Positions 23,063-35,381 of a stretch of 64,000 nt of DNA are shown here, one piece after another. Positions within the stretch are counted from its first letter, which is position 1, and every line of letters begins with the position of its first letter. Below the pieces are notes generated by a model. The model saw nothing but the letters and a program-made list of their open reading frames with translations, ran no database searches and was not told the DNA's origin. This DNA comes from Tubulanus polymorphus. Lineage: Eukaryota > Animalia > Nemertea. The stretch covers positions 13,772,655 through 13,836,654 of the forward strand of contig NC_134033.1 in assembly GCF_964204645.1 (NCBI RefSeq), read 5' to 3'. Both the position numbers and the translations under genes were made by a program.

Positions 23063-25498
23063 ATGATGCAGGAGACAGAAGAACCCGCTGACCATCGTCT
23101 AGAAACCACGGTCGAGAAGAAAAACGCGCCGAAAATAGACGCGAAACAACTGCGAAAATCGTTGAACAGCCGAAAGTTGAAAGCTCAGAAAAAGAAACAA
23201 CAGGCGAAGAAGACCACGTTACTCGACCCGTACGAGGAGGCGACGTGGCCTGACGTTCCCAGAACTGAACAGACGAATATTCTACAAACTTTGAAACGGT
23301 ATTAGATAAGTTTGTTTTTCGTTAACCCTTTCAGTGCTGACTAATCATTACATGAAAACGTTGGAGGTAAACATTTAAAGAAATTCCACCCCAGTGTGTT
23401 GAATAACGGTCATAGCATTTTAGTGCGTCTACGCCGCAGGCGCATTGTATCGTTAATTACTAATTTTGAACTTTGTTTGCCAAGTGCTGCAATCTTTCAA
23501 TAGAGATAAAACTAGATAACTTTATATTATTAAAACTTAAGTCTATTGCACCGTGATGCAGTGAACTAGCTAGTCTATTGCATTGTTATGCGGTGTGTGT
23601 ACTAGCTAGGTAAAACAGCTATTCATACACCGCGCTGCGGTGTAGATCAGATATTTTCAACAAGAAATATATCTACCCATCAGAAAATAAGAGTTGTACC
23701 ATTTTTACTATTATGAATTTTTTTCCTGTACCATAGCTCATTGAAATTCAAGAATATAGAATCTAAATGAACAAGTTTTAGACATCAGAATGAAATCAAA
23801 ACTCGACTGAAACGTACGATATGACCACAGTTTATTTTGTTTGTGTAAATTTTTCCAGTCATTTTATCGATCTACGATTGGATCAGCATTACGCGGTCGA
23901 TGGTAAAACGAAGAACGAAAGAATTACGGAACGAAACTCGTTTAATCAGAAACATCCGGATATCATCGAACTGAGGTACGTTGTTATAGGATTCATACAG
24001 ACCTCGATCAATCTGAGGCATTGTTAGTATCTCCTGCAGACAAAATGAAAAATGCGAATTCCAGTTCTTCTAATTGGAAAATTGATGACATAATGAGATT
24101 GACGCCGGATCCAGGCTAAAGAGGTGCCTCCAGGCTTAGGGGATCCAGGTTCTAGTCCAAAGGGGTGGCTCCGGGTGATGGAATTCTGGTTCTCCAAGAT
24201 TGGTGGTAGCTCCACTCAGGGATTCTAGTTCTGGTCTGAAGGGGAAGCTCCAAGCTAAAGGGGGTAGCTCCATTTTGAAGGGATTCCAGTTCTGGTCTGA
24301 AGGGGTGGCTCCAGGCTGAGGGATTCTGGCTCCAAGCTAAAGTAGGTAGCTCCATGCTCCGGGTTTGTATCTGCATCAATCGATCTCTCGCGCTTGATTT
24401 CAGGTGTCAGTTCGTGTGCGGAATGAACGAAGTTATGAAACATTTAGAACGAGACAATCTACGCTGCGTGATGATCTGTCGATCGTCGCCTGTTCAACTG
24501 ACTAAGATGTTAATTCCATTACTCGCCACCAGAGGGTGCCCAGCTGTCTGTATGCACGATTTCAGCGCGATATTCGGCGAGTTATTACGGCGGAAATGTT
24601 TGACAACCTTAGGAATAAAGGCAAGCGAAGTTCCGCGTCAATTAAGGCTAAAAATAGAATACCTTGTTTCTCATAATCCGTCGGGTCATACTATAAACTG
24701 CGAGGAAATTTGTAATCAGTTGTTCTCTATAACTGCCGGGTCTGTAATGGTAAGCTTGATCATGATTTTTAAAAAAAGTAATGTACAGGTTAGATAGGTG
24801 GCTGGCTGGGTCAACTTTTTTCAAGCTTAGCAGAAATGAAAAACAAGGTATCAATTGTATAAGCCTAAGTATCATTTTCTCTTTAAAACTCTTGTCGCAA
24901 ATTGTTCATTTCCTTTCTGCATAATATCTTATAGAAACGCGGTGAAAATGAAAATGCGGGTTTGGACTCCATCGTGGATTATGTGAACGAAGTTAGCAAA
25001 CCGATAGAATTCATGGGATTATCAAACGCGGCGTCTAGTATCGACGAGGAGACATTAGAGGAAAATTGTGATGAGGAAAGTGATGATGATAGCGAGGTCG
25101 ACGAAATAGTTAGTTGCCATGGCGATGAGTCATCAGCAGGCGGGACTGATTTTAATGATTTGTACGTAATGCGGAAAGATTGGAAAACCGATTTCAAAAC
25201 TAACGCGGATTTCATTAAAATAGACACGACGGACTCGGATTCAGACATGTCTGATCGGGAAACTAAGACGAAGTTCGAAGCGGAAAATAAACCACTCGTT
25301 ATGGACGGGATCTTAGGATTCGCGTCAAAGTCAGAATCGGACTCGAAATCTGGCATTAAACGCAAACCGGTGAAAAAGAAATTCGTTTCAGACAATTCGC
25401 GCCAAAAACCGGATTATAAAGCAGCTAAAATTCAAAAGATGGCGCCACGTCCCGATAAAACGCGTAAACCTAAAGAAGAGAAAAAAAGTCTGAAGTGA
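23063..25498 (+). CDS. RPP38: Ribonuclease P/MRP protein subunit p38 (L7Ae family), 4 coding exons
   Basis: Exons 23063-23298, 23859-23975, 24404-24620, 24935-25498; L7Ae-type segment GMNEVMKHLERDNLRCVMICRS..LLATRGCPAV..TTLGIK; basic N-terminus, acidic/basic tail with KIQKMAPRPDK; third intron is GC-AG. Confidence 0.8.
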
Positions 25499-26012
25499 AA
25501 TAGAAATAATTCCTTTAAAATCTTGAAAAAAATTTCTGTGTTTCTTTTATGTATGGTGAGTGTGGTACACTCTGTCCTTACGATTTAGCATTACTCATAG
25601 ATAATGAAGGCAAAAATAACACAAAGAATGGATTCGTTTTATTACAATAAAATTGTTGAATTTTATTATCAACGAACAAACAATAGACATTACACATTAA
25701 ACGACGACATATTTAAGATTTCAAATGGTTTTAAACGCAATAGTACATCTACAAATAGTAGACTGGTGCCCATCCCAGCATTTGGACTGGTTCCTATGCA
25801 TGCATTCTGTTGAGGTTTTTTAATTTCATAATGTCCCCTAATCCCGAGTTTTTTGTTATGTCGGTACCAAAACTCGGCCTGAACAATGCACCCCTTTGAC
25901 CTCGACATTTAGTCATCGCCACAATGTACATGTGTTCACAAGGGTCGTACCTAGCATTTGATTGTTGGGGGGGGACCAAAAAAGGTGTTGCCTATCAAGT
26001 CAAAAACCGATA

Positions 26013-26902
26013 CAGTGGAACCTCGTTTTATAACGAACTCTGCTACAACGATTCATCGGATATAACAAATATAGAATTGTGTCCCCGAGTTGAGTAAGAA
26101 AATTTCATTATTTTCATACTGGATAATAACGAACTATCGGTTATAACGAACAGATTTTCTGGTCTCCTGAAGTTCGTTGTAACGAGGTTCCACTGTATAT
26201 AGAACTATCGGTTATAACGAACAGATTTTCTGGTCTCCTGAAGTTCGCTGTAACGAGGTTCCACTGTATATAGAACTATCGGTTATAACGAACAGATTTT
26301 CTGGTCTCCTGAAGTTCGCTGTAACAAGGTTCCGCTGTATATAGAACTATCGGTTATAACGAACAGATTTTCTGGTCTCCTGAAGTTCGCTGTAACGAGG
26401 TTCCGCTGTATATAGAACTATCGGTTATAACGAACAGATTTTCTGGTCTCCTGAAGTTCGTTGTAACGAGGTTCCGCTGTATATAGAACTATCGGTTATA
26501 ACGAACAGATTTTCTGGTCTCCTGAAGTTCGCTGTAACGAGGTTCCACTGTATATAGAACTATCGGTTATAACGAACAGATTTTCTGGTCTCCTGAAGTT
26601 CGTTGTACAAGGTTCCACTGTATATAGAACTATCGGTTATAACGAACAGATTTTCTGGTCTCCTGAAGTTCGCTGTAACGAGGTTCCACTGTATATAGAA
26701 CTATCGGTTATAACGAACAGATTTTCTGGTCTCCTGAAGTTCGCTGTAACGAGGTTCCACTGTATATAGAACTATCGGTTATAACGAACAGATTTTCTGG
26801 TCTCCTGAAGTTCGTTGTACAAGGTTCCACTGTATATAGAACTATCGGTTATAACGAACAGATTTTCTGGTCCTGTGAAAATCGTTGTTAGAGATTCCAC
26901 TG
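26013..26902. repeat. MITE (26013..26195) followed by ~10 tandem 71-bp copies of its right end
   Basis: Period 71 (AGAACTATCGG at 26201, 26272, 26343...); each unit ends AACGAGGTTCCACTG-TA, the MITE TIR. Confidence 0.9.
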
Positions 26903-27095
26903 TTTAACAATTCTTATATGCCCAAACAAAAACAATGTTAGGTCTGGATAACAAAATGCTTGTAAATCCCGAGCGAAGGGTTCTACATTAAATTTCTATT
27001 CTACAGCAGACTCTGCCCAAGTCGGACTCGGATAACTGTTCAACTCTCCGATGTTTGTTGCAATATTTTTGTGACAGGTTACATGAAAAACATAA

Positions 27096-27487
27096 GGCGC
27101 TTTTACGAAATTGAATCTGATTCGGTTTAGCTAAATCCGATTCGATGTCGGAAAAGGTTTAGTAAATCGAATCGGTTTTCGTAAATGAGTCTAATCAATT
27201 TAAAGGTCGCGATTCAAACGAAAATGGGCGTCAATGGTGACCGAACTATTGATAGATGATGGTCTGCGATAGATGTCTTAAGCCCGCGGTCGAAGAGGAC
27301 ACCATGTTGGATTTCACTGACTAAATCGCCACTAACTTGCTCGGCGAGCAAGTTAGTCGATTTAATAAATCAGTTTACTAAACCGCTTCCATAAACGAGT
27401 TGATTTACCAAATCGGATTCACTTAACCGCGTGCCGTAAACGTGAAACTTAAATCGATTTACAAAGATTCAGTTTCGTAAAAGCGCC
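27096..27487. mobile_element. Harbinger-like MITE
   Basis: TIRs GGCGCTTTTACGAAATTGAATCT / AGATTCAGTTTCGTAAAAGCGCC, flanked by TAA/TAT. Confidence 0.75.
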
Positions 27488-29982
27488 TATAACATTCAAG
27501 TCGGATACATTTTTACGGTCCCAAAAGGTCTGACTTGAGCGAAGTCTATTGTATATAATAATGGTTGCCTTGCTGGTATCCCATTGAAAATGAACTACAA
27601 ACACCATACATTGTCTCTATTTTGTTAGCACATTCAAACAGAAAGTGCTCATCCATACTTGATACACTTACAATACATTGTACTTTGCGGTGTGAATTTT
27701 TAAGTGGGTGGCTTCAGGCTGCAGATTGCTACCAACATAAACAGAAAACCTCGCGATTTCAATATCGTACATTTCGTTCAAACCCCGAATATAAGAGGTA
27801 AAATTTCCATGAATTCATAACGTGACAAGACCAATGCTACGATGAACCACTGCGAGAGGCCAAGTCACGAGTCGAAATCGAATTAAGTTTTTTTCGGCCG
27901 CCGATAAATAGTTAAATTTGATTGGTTTGCTCTTCCATATAAATTACATAAACCAGTGTAAAACAAACAAACGCGCACGCGATAAAATATTCTCAATACT
28001 CTCTAATCAATAATATCAGTTTTTACACGATCAAAAATGACAATTTTTGTCTTTTCTAACAAAAAGAAAAATTGCCTAAATCCGAAAGACACCAACTCTC
28101 AATCAGTTAAGACTAGTAGCACGCACAGGTTTCATACATTGCACTAAAACAAGAAACACAGTTTTGAGAAACCGACTGAGAAAATTGTTTCTGTTGAGTT
28201 CGATATCACGGAATAGCTAAACAAGAAATACCAACATAATAAACAACTAGTGACGAAGATCGGATCGTATGACTGATCGAAATCATTAACCATTTCATAC
28301 AATTACTACTTTCTCATCACTTAGCGACGCTGTAGGTACGTTTCTTGTTTCACTATGTGCAATAGCGGGTAAACTACACATGCACGAACACAAATGTTTC
28401 TTGTTTCGATGTTTTACTCGCTATGCGCGCGCGCTAGATTTGACGCAATTTTTGAGAAAACGTAATAATTAAATACTTAATTCTATTACTGCGTTGAATG
28501 AAAATCGGTATTTTCTAAGTTTTCGATTCGAACATTTTCGACTCTATTTCTATATAACATATTTACATACGTATAATAATTTACATAAATTCACTTTTAA
28601 TAAATTAAAGATTTGACCACCCACCCCTCCCTTCCTCCCCATCCTCTGAGTAAGCTATTTCGTTATTCTGCGGCTGACGTGAGTGAAGATGAATGATGAA
28701 CACAATTCAGTAGATCTTTCCATCATAAGATCATTGATGAGAGTGAGACGTCATGATTATTTTAATGATTCGAAACAAACACGCTTCGGAATTTCCGGCG
28801 TCGAAGCCGAACGAAAACCAGGAGTTCGAACACAAATTTGGCACTTTTAAAACATTAATGCCACTCCGCTAATACCAAAGAAAGTTCCGACTTTATTTTA
28901 ACGTTCGGAAGAAGCTCTTCGTCATCGGGAATCACAGGTTGTACTAATTAAACAGATATCGCCACATGACAACATCTTCGCATGGCTTGGATGAAACATC
29001 GAATGTAGTCACCAGATTTTTACCAGTCAAAACTAAAATCATCATGTTTAACTGATCAAATATGAAGAATACAACTATCAAAACAAATTGCCATCATAGA
29101 CTGTCAAAATGTTTCTCTTCTAAAATAAGAAAGTCTGCTGATTAAAATTCAATGTTTAGAAGGTTATAACATGATAAAATTGATGGGTAAGCCTCACCGT
29201 GTAGTTGTAATTTTGACAGTTTAATCTAGGGTATCTTTATGCATCAAATATGATATTTTGAGTATATAATGTGCGTAGATTATACGAGTAAATTTGATGT
29301 TTTAGTTGTGACCGGTAAAATATGACACTTTGACGGATTAACCCTTTCAGTACGGAGTATAAATCGTGATGGACTTAGCTAGTACACTGCACTGCGTGGT
29401 GTATTGTAGTTATCGGAAATTAGTTTTTATCTTTATTGAAAGATGGCAGTACCTGTCAAACTAAGTTAAATATTCGTAACTAACAATACACCGCACTGCG
29501 ATGTAGACGCACTTCAGCCGTATGCTCGTTATTCAACACAGAAGGGTGGAATTTTTTAAAATTTTCAAATAAATTAGTCGGCACTGAAAGGGTTAATTCG
29601 ATGTTTCGTTTTGTCAGTATGCCATATGTTTGAACTCATCTGCCTGAATCAGGTGCCTGCAGATAAAAGACTAAGTACCTAAATGGAGGAAATTGGAGTA
29701 TCAATTTTCCCTGGAGACAGCCGTGGTGGCTGTGACTACCCGTCATAGCTGAAAAACGTTGCAGGCGAAACTATCGTCGTCGTTGTTTTTGTAGCAGCTG
29801 CTGAGATTCGTTGGTTTTCGTTTTGTCATGAGATTTCGCCACCTCAGATCCTCATCCGCCCCCGAACGAATACGTCCCGGCGATAAATTCAAAAGTTTAA
29901 AATGCAAAATATAACGTCGTGTCCACCGTTCGCACACATCGCGTTGAATGTTTGCTGACTGACTGACAGACGGACCGTGTCG

Positions 29983-31770
29983 CTATCCGTCCAGCGGTTG
30001 ACCTAAGTACACCATTGATACTTCTGTATTGCCGTAAACTGCTGATACTGAAGGGTAAAGATGAGTATCTGGTAATCCTCTAAATGCAACTCCTACAAAT
30101 AGAACATTTTTACGCAATTATATTCCAGTGTTTTCGATAAGAAATTAACAAGCCAGGTCCCTTAGAAAAGCAGGAGGGTTCCCCCTAGCCTATGTCACAG
30201 TCCCTGAAACAAAAGCTAGTTTGAAAAACCAGGCGGGTCCTTTACAAACAACAGACAGACCTGGGACCTGGCTGTTATTGAAAACACAGTATTTGAATCC
30301 ATAGCAGTCTTTTACAGCTCGGCCACTATCACTTGAACATAGCTGTCCACAAGGAATTTACCCGGGGCCAACTATCAGGCCTGATCACTATTGGCCCTAG
30401 CTGTCCACTACATGTAACTCACCTAAAAATTCGTAATTTTTTTCAAATGCAAGAGTATTGTCTTCACAGTCTAGTATAACCCGTATTCGTTCACCAACCT
30501 ACAATATGGATACATAAACCTTAAAATACTACATCAGGATCCAGCTCCACAGTTATGAGTTTAGAGTTAACTCCGAGTTAAAATTAGTTCATTTTCAATG
30601 AGTTAACTCTCGAGTCAAATCTTAAATCACAACTGTCGAACTGGGTTCTGGAGCATACTGGAGGAGTGATAGCTCACAATGTAGCACTCTCACTGCTGGA
30701 GGAGTGATGTCTCACAATGGAGCACTCCTCATTGCTGGAGGAGTGATATCTCACACTGCTGAAGGAGTGATATCTCACACTGCTGGAGGAGTGATATCTC
30801 ACAATGGAGCACTCCTCATTGCTGGAGGAGTGATATCTCACAATGGAGCACTCCTCATTGCTGGAGGAGTGATATCTCAGACTACTGGAGGAGTGATATC
30901 TCACAATGGAGCACACTCAGTGCTGGAGGAGTGATATCCCACAATGGAGCACACTCAGAGCTGGAGGAGTGATATCTCACAATGGAGCACACTCAGTGCT
31001 GGAGGAGTGATATCTCACACTGCTGGAGTGCTGGAGGAGTGATATCTCACACTGCTGGAGTGCTGGAAGAGTGATAGCTCACAATGGAGCACTCTCACTG
31101 CTGAAGGGGTGATATCATAGCACTCCATCTGGAGCACATTGCACTGGAGGAGTCGTTTCTCACATTGGAGGAGTACAGTACTGTCTCTTACCTGATATTT
31201 CGGAGCATTGTTTAATTGAGGGTAGTTGCCCTGACAATCTCCGTTATGTAATAAATTATTATCGACCAGATTCCAACCCCAACTCTGATCATCGCTGCCT
31301 AGTAACGCTACGTATCCGTGGCACTGATTCGGCGCTTTTTTCGTCGCGATGCCGATCACGGCGACCGTACCGAGCGGTCCTTCCCACCAAATTTCCCAAC
31401 AATGTCGGCCGTTTTTGAAACCGATTTTGCCGCGTGAGCCGTCCGTGCTTTGCGCGACCGGATTGCGATGGATCGTAAATCCGTTGTCTTTAATGTACAT
31501 ATTGCGCGAACAGTCGTTCGGGTTCCAGGCGTGGAAAAAGGATTTTAATTTCGCCTTGTAAGTGGGTACATTGCTGAGAATGTTCGATTTCAGGGCCACT
31601 TCGGCGAGTTTCCTGACGCAGTGAAAGCGCCAAACGTCGTTATTCTCGTCGTTCAGGATTCGATACCAGGACTTGCAGGTCAGCGCGCAGTTTCTCAGGT
31701 CCTCCAGCTCCAAATAGCTGAAAATTATCTCCAAAATTCCCGATGAGAATTTCATGACAGCAGAAGCCAT
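29983..31770 (-). CDS. FBXO45: F-box/SPRY domain protein 45 (FSN-1 orthologue), 3 exons
   Basis: Exons 31770-31192, 30498-30423, 30092-29983; F-box then SPRY: [66 protein letters not shown]. Confidence 0.97.
30655..31172. repeat. Minisatellite (CTGGAGGAGTGATATCTCACA core; 24/39-bp variants) in FBXO45 intron 1
   Basis: Direct tandem repetition. Confidence 0.9.
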
Positions 31771-32215
31771 GATGATTCAATTTCAATTCAATTCAATTGT
31801 TGACTTTATTTCATTGAATTCAATCAAATTTAGAATTTATTTACCAATATAGTTTTGTTTTGTACATCATAACGGTCTTTTAAGAAAACAATAAACAAAC
31901 TGACAGAAGATCACTTAGATTTATAATTAGTGGATAAATAGGTAGATTTAAGTCAAACTTATTGTTGAATGAAAATGATATAAAATTCTACCATGTCTTC
32001 TCCCGTGATATTAAAAACAGCTGAATTGATTTTAATTTTGATGGCTTTTCGAAGCCATAAACAATTCTAACAAATTATGATATTTCATCAGCCGCAAATG
32101 TAATTCAAATTCTCAAAAATGCTTGATAGGCGGCGACACCGGTGAAAAATGGCGAATTCGTGACTGGAAGATTTTTAGGTACGAACGCAGAAATTCTGGC
32201 GCTAATTTGACAGTA
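31771..32215. promoter_or_regulatory. Bidirectional promoter FBXO45 / MMGT1
   Basis: Divergent ATGs 445 bp apart; YY1-like AAAATGGCG at ~32146. Confidence 0.6.
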
Positions 32216-33718
32216 ATGGCATCGACTTTACAGAAACTTTGTGTTGTTTTCGGACTGTTGTCTTTATTGCACGCTGCCTACTCGGCTACTCAACGTAAGT
32301 TACGCTTTTAAATTGTAAAAAATGGCTAAAATATGTCGATAATTTTGGTATAGTTCGAACGAGGTGGCAGCACCTGACGGTCATTATTTTTTTTTTTACA
32401 GATCGCACGTACATACGTTTAACAGAACAAGAATTCACCCGTTTACCTATCGATGTAAGTTCAACGATTTTAAATTTATGAATTGTTGGCTGATTTGTCT
32501 TGAAAGAATACTTGTCAGCGATCGCCAACATATCATGACACGTGAATGAAGAAGGTTGGATGATATCGCCGCCAGCCTAGTCCGCTGCGCTGTTCCAGCT
32601 TTTTTTTAGCCACATCTATAACGTCCCCTTAAACTGATCAGATAAGATACATAGAACCTTCGTTTGATAACAAAATGTCACTTAGGATTTCTTTTTAGGC
32701 CTAGGGACCTTCAAATTTAGGGGGTTGGACCCCCTCTAAATCCTGATACATAGAACCTTCGGTTGATATCGTCTAGAATCAGAAATAAATGAATTACGTA
32801 GATTAGTTTATGTTTGACAAGCAGAAAAAGTCAGTAACCTGTCTGTTGTTTAGTTTCACGATCGGATAAGCTCGTCTGATTATCAAAACTTACCACCAAC
32901 GATTAGGTAACTAACTACTGTGGCAGTACCTACTCCATGAAAGGGCCTTAACAAGGTCCGTCAACTGTGTGTTGTATTTGAAGGATATTTCTGATGTAAT
33001 TTCGTTCAGATATTGGTGCAGTGTTTGTTTGGATTGATTATAACGTGTTACGGCGTTGTAAATGTCGCCGGAGACCTACGAGAAATCAGAGCTACTGAAG
33101 AATTAGAAAACAAGTAAGTCCCCCTATGACATCATTAAATCAGAAACAAGATATCGGAATATCTTTGCTGTTAGCGGTGCATCCAGGAATTGACTCGGTA
33201 GTGCCAATAAAGCAGGGGCCGGTTTCATTGGTAAGACGCGGGAGTCCGCTAGATACATTTTTACAAGTATCTCGATGTTTTTAGACTCAATGCTCTGGAA
33301 AGGTTGGTGCACAACATTTAGGGGATGTACCCTAGGGGCTGCACAATGTCTCGGTGACCCTCTCCCCCTAAATCCATCACTAGTTGTTTATTACTATTGA
33401 GGTTAGTGTTGTGAATGTCAGAGCCGACATGATTGGCTCAGAGAAACAATCTCTCCGATTCGACCCATGAGAACTAACAGTTCCAACATTCCTTATTTAT
33501 AGCAATCCTGAAAAAGTATTCCGATTTCGTCTATTTATTTGATTATTTTATTTAATATTTGCCATCTTATCTGAAAAAAGAAGGGCCGTCATTGATTATT
33601 GTATGGATTGTATATTAATTTTAGAACGTGGGAAACTATCGGGAATCGTACATCGTTTTATACGTTCAATCATCGCGGTAAAGTTTTATTCGGAAGAGAC
33701 AGCAGACGTGAGGCTTAA
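32216..33718 (+). CDS. MMGT1: ER membrane complex subunit 5 / membrane magnesium transporter 1, 4 exons
   Basis: Exons 32216-32294, 32402-32454, 33010-33113, 33625-33718 give MASTLQKLCVVFGLLSLLHAAYSATQHRTYIRLTEQEFTRLPIDILVQCLFG...TWETIGNRTSFYTFNHRGKVLFGRDSRREA*. Confidence 0.95.
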
Positions 33719-33859
33719 AGAGATTCATACTTCACCCGAGGTACGTTTAAAACCGATTTGAATCCCGAAAACAGTCAGAAATATTGACGTTTTGCGATTA
33801 TCAGGACGGCTGCTTTATCCGGCTTGTTAAATATTTGTTGTTAGATCGTCCAAACAATC

Positions 33860-34200
33860 AATCAGTTTTTCGTCTATGTCCGGACTATTTTCCAGATTCC
33901 CTACAACTCTTGATTCCTTAGAATTTCCTTATGGAAATTGCTTTTAAAGGTGCTTGAAACTCCTTTAATTTGAGCAAAATTCCAAAAACTCTCACTTCAA
34001 GAAATAGGCAATTAGAATAGGTTATTTCAGCCTAACATCAGTTTTCCGTCTATGTCTGGACTGTTTTCCAGGGTCCATACAACCTACAACTCTTGGTTCC
34101 TTAGAAACTTCTACGGAAAATGCTTTTTAAGGTGCTTGAAACTCCTTTGATTTGAAGACAATGCCCAAAACTCTCACTTTGAGAAATAGGCAATTAGAAA
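33860..34200. repeat. Two direct copies (~170 bp) of a dispersed repeat; third copy ~35415..35545
   Basis: Shared CTACAACTCTTG..CCTTAG..GGTGCTTGAAACTCCTTT..GGCAATTAG blocks. Confidence 0.7.
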
Positions 34201-34358
34201 TGTTTGCAGTTGTACAAATCTTTCAGTCGCCCGAATTCAGATAAAATCTAATATTCAAATGTCTGTTATATTTTCTAGGTGTTCAATAATTGGTTTATAC
34301 GTAATTTTTTTCCGCACGTTGTATCTAAAACTGTGTCGATCGATGTTGTAAAATAAAT

Positions 34359-35381
34359 ATGGCCGCCGTAAAGTTCGATGTCGGGCACCTGTCTACGGTC
34401 TTGTGCGTCGACGCCGCCGACAAAATGGCCGCCTCGGGCGACGAGGATTCGTCGTTGATTCTGTGGACGCCCGACGGCGTCGCGACCGGTAAAATAACGG
34501 CGGGCACGGGCGGAGTGAACGCCGTACGACTCGCGCGTTCTAAACCGGAGATTTACGCCGCGGCCGGCGACCAGATTTATAACTACGACTCGCGCAATTT
34601 AAAAACGCCGCTGTTCGTCTATTCGGTGAACGCCGACGAAGTGAACGATCTGCGTATAGGTGGCGCCAGCGCGGAGCAGTATTTATCGGCGGCGGACGAT
34701 TCGGGCGCGATTCGCGTCGTCGATTTGAAGAATCGGCGACTGTTCAAAACGCTGCGGAAACACGATAACATCTGCACGACGGCGGCGTTCCGACCGGACC
34801 GACCGACCGAGATCATCACCGGCGGAATGGACTGCAACGTCGTGCGCTGGGATTTTAAACGCGCGCGACCGCTGCGTCGATTCGATATGAACGAACTCGT
34901 CGATAAAACCGACGAATCGCGATTCGTGCTGAATCCGCCGTTAGTTCATTCGGTGTGTATATCGGCAGACGGCGCCGTTCTCGCCGCCGGATTGGACAAC
35001 GCGCAGATTAAACTGTTCGACACGTCGGGTAAAGGCGTGTTTTATAAGAAGTCGTTGAACGCGCATCGTCAGGGCGTCGCGTGCGTTCACTTCGCCGCAT
35101 TCGGATCGCACGTTCTCATCTCCGGCGCCAACGATTCGACGGTCGCTGTTTGGAAGAACGTCGCCGAGATTTTAACGCCGCCGAAGAAGAAGAAGGAATC
35201 GTTGGATGACGCCGCCGGTACAAGCGCGACGGACACCGGCGCCGCCGATAGCGCAGACGACGCGGTGAAGATTTTCGAACACGGGAGTAAAGTGAACGGT
35301 TTGTCGAGTTGGAAACAAAACGGAAATCAAATTCTAGTCGTTGATCAATCAAAACTAATCAGCGCGTATACTTTGAGTTAG
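34359..35381 (+). CDS. WDR53: WD repeat-containing protein 53 (single coding exon)
   Basis: 340-aa WD40 ORF: GHLSTVLC, AADDSGAIRVVDL, RKHDNIC, GMDC, NPPLVHSV, EHGSKVN; adjacency to FBXO45 supports the orthology call. Confidence 0.88.
   Translation: MAAVKFDVGHLSTVLCVDAADKMAASGDEDSSLILWTPDGVATGKITAGTGGVNAVRLARSKPEIYAAAGDQIYNYDSRNLKTPLFVYSVNADEVNDLRIGGASAEQYLSAADDSGAIRVVDLKNRRLFKTLRKHDNICTTAAFRPDRPTEIITGGMDCNVVRWDFKRARPLRRFDMNELVDKTDESRFVLNPPLVHSVCISADGAVLAAGLDNAQIKLFDTSGKGVFYKKSLNAHRQGVACVHFAAFGSHVLISGANDSTVAVWKNVAEILTPPKKKKESLDDAAGTSATDTGAADSADDAVKIFEHGSKVNGLSSWKQNGNQILVVDQSKLISAYTLS

Noticed and set aside
24024-24443. Short minus-strand ORFs with LEP/GAT repeats
   Set aside because: Degenerate GGCTCCAG repeat tract in an RPP38 intron.
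26131-26902. CRISPR-like array
   Set aside because: Units are whole tandem repeats without unique spacers; eukaryotic context, no cas genes. Same for 38475-39082, 45533-46657 and 57882-58572.
30674-31191. Ser/His-rich ORFs and the C-terminal extension of the 251-aa FBXO45 ORF
   Set aside because: Intronic minisatellite; FBXO45 splices at 31192 and continues in two downstream exons.
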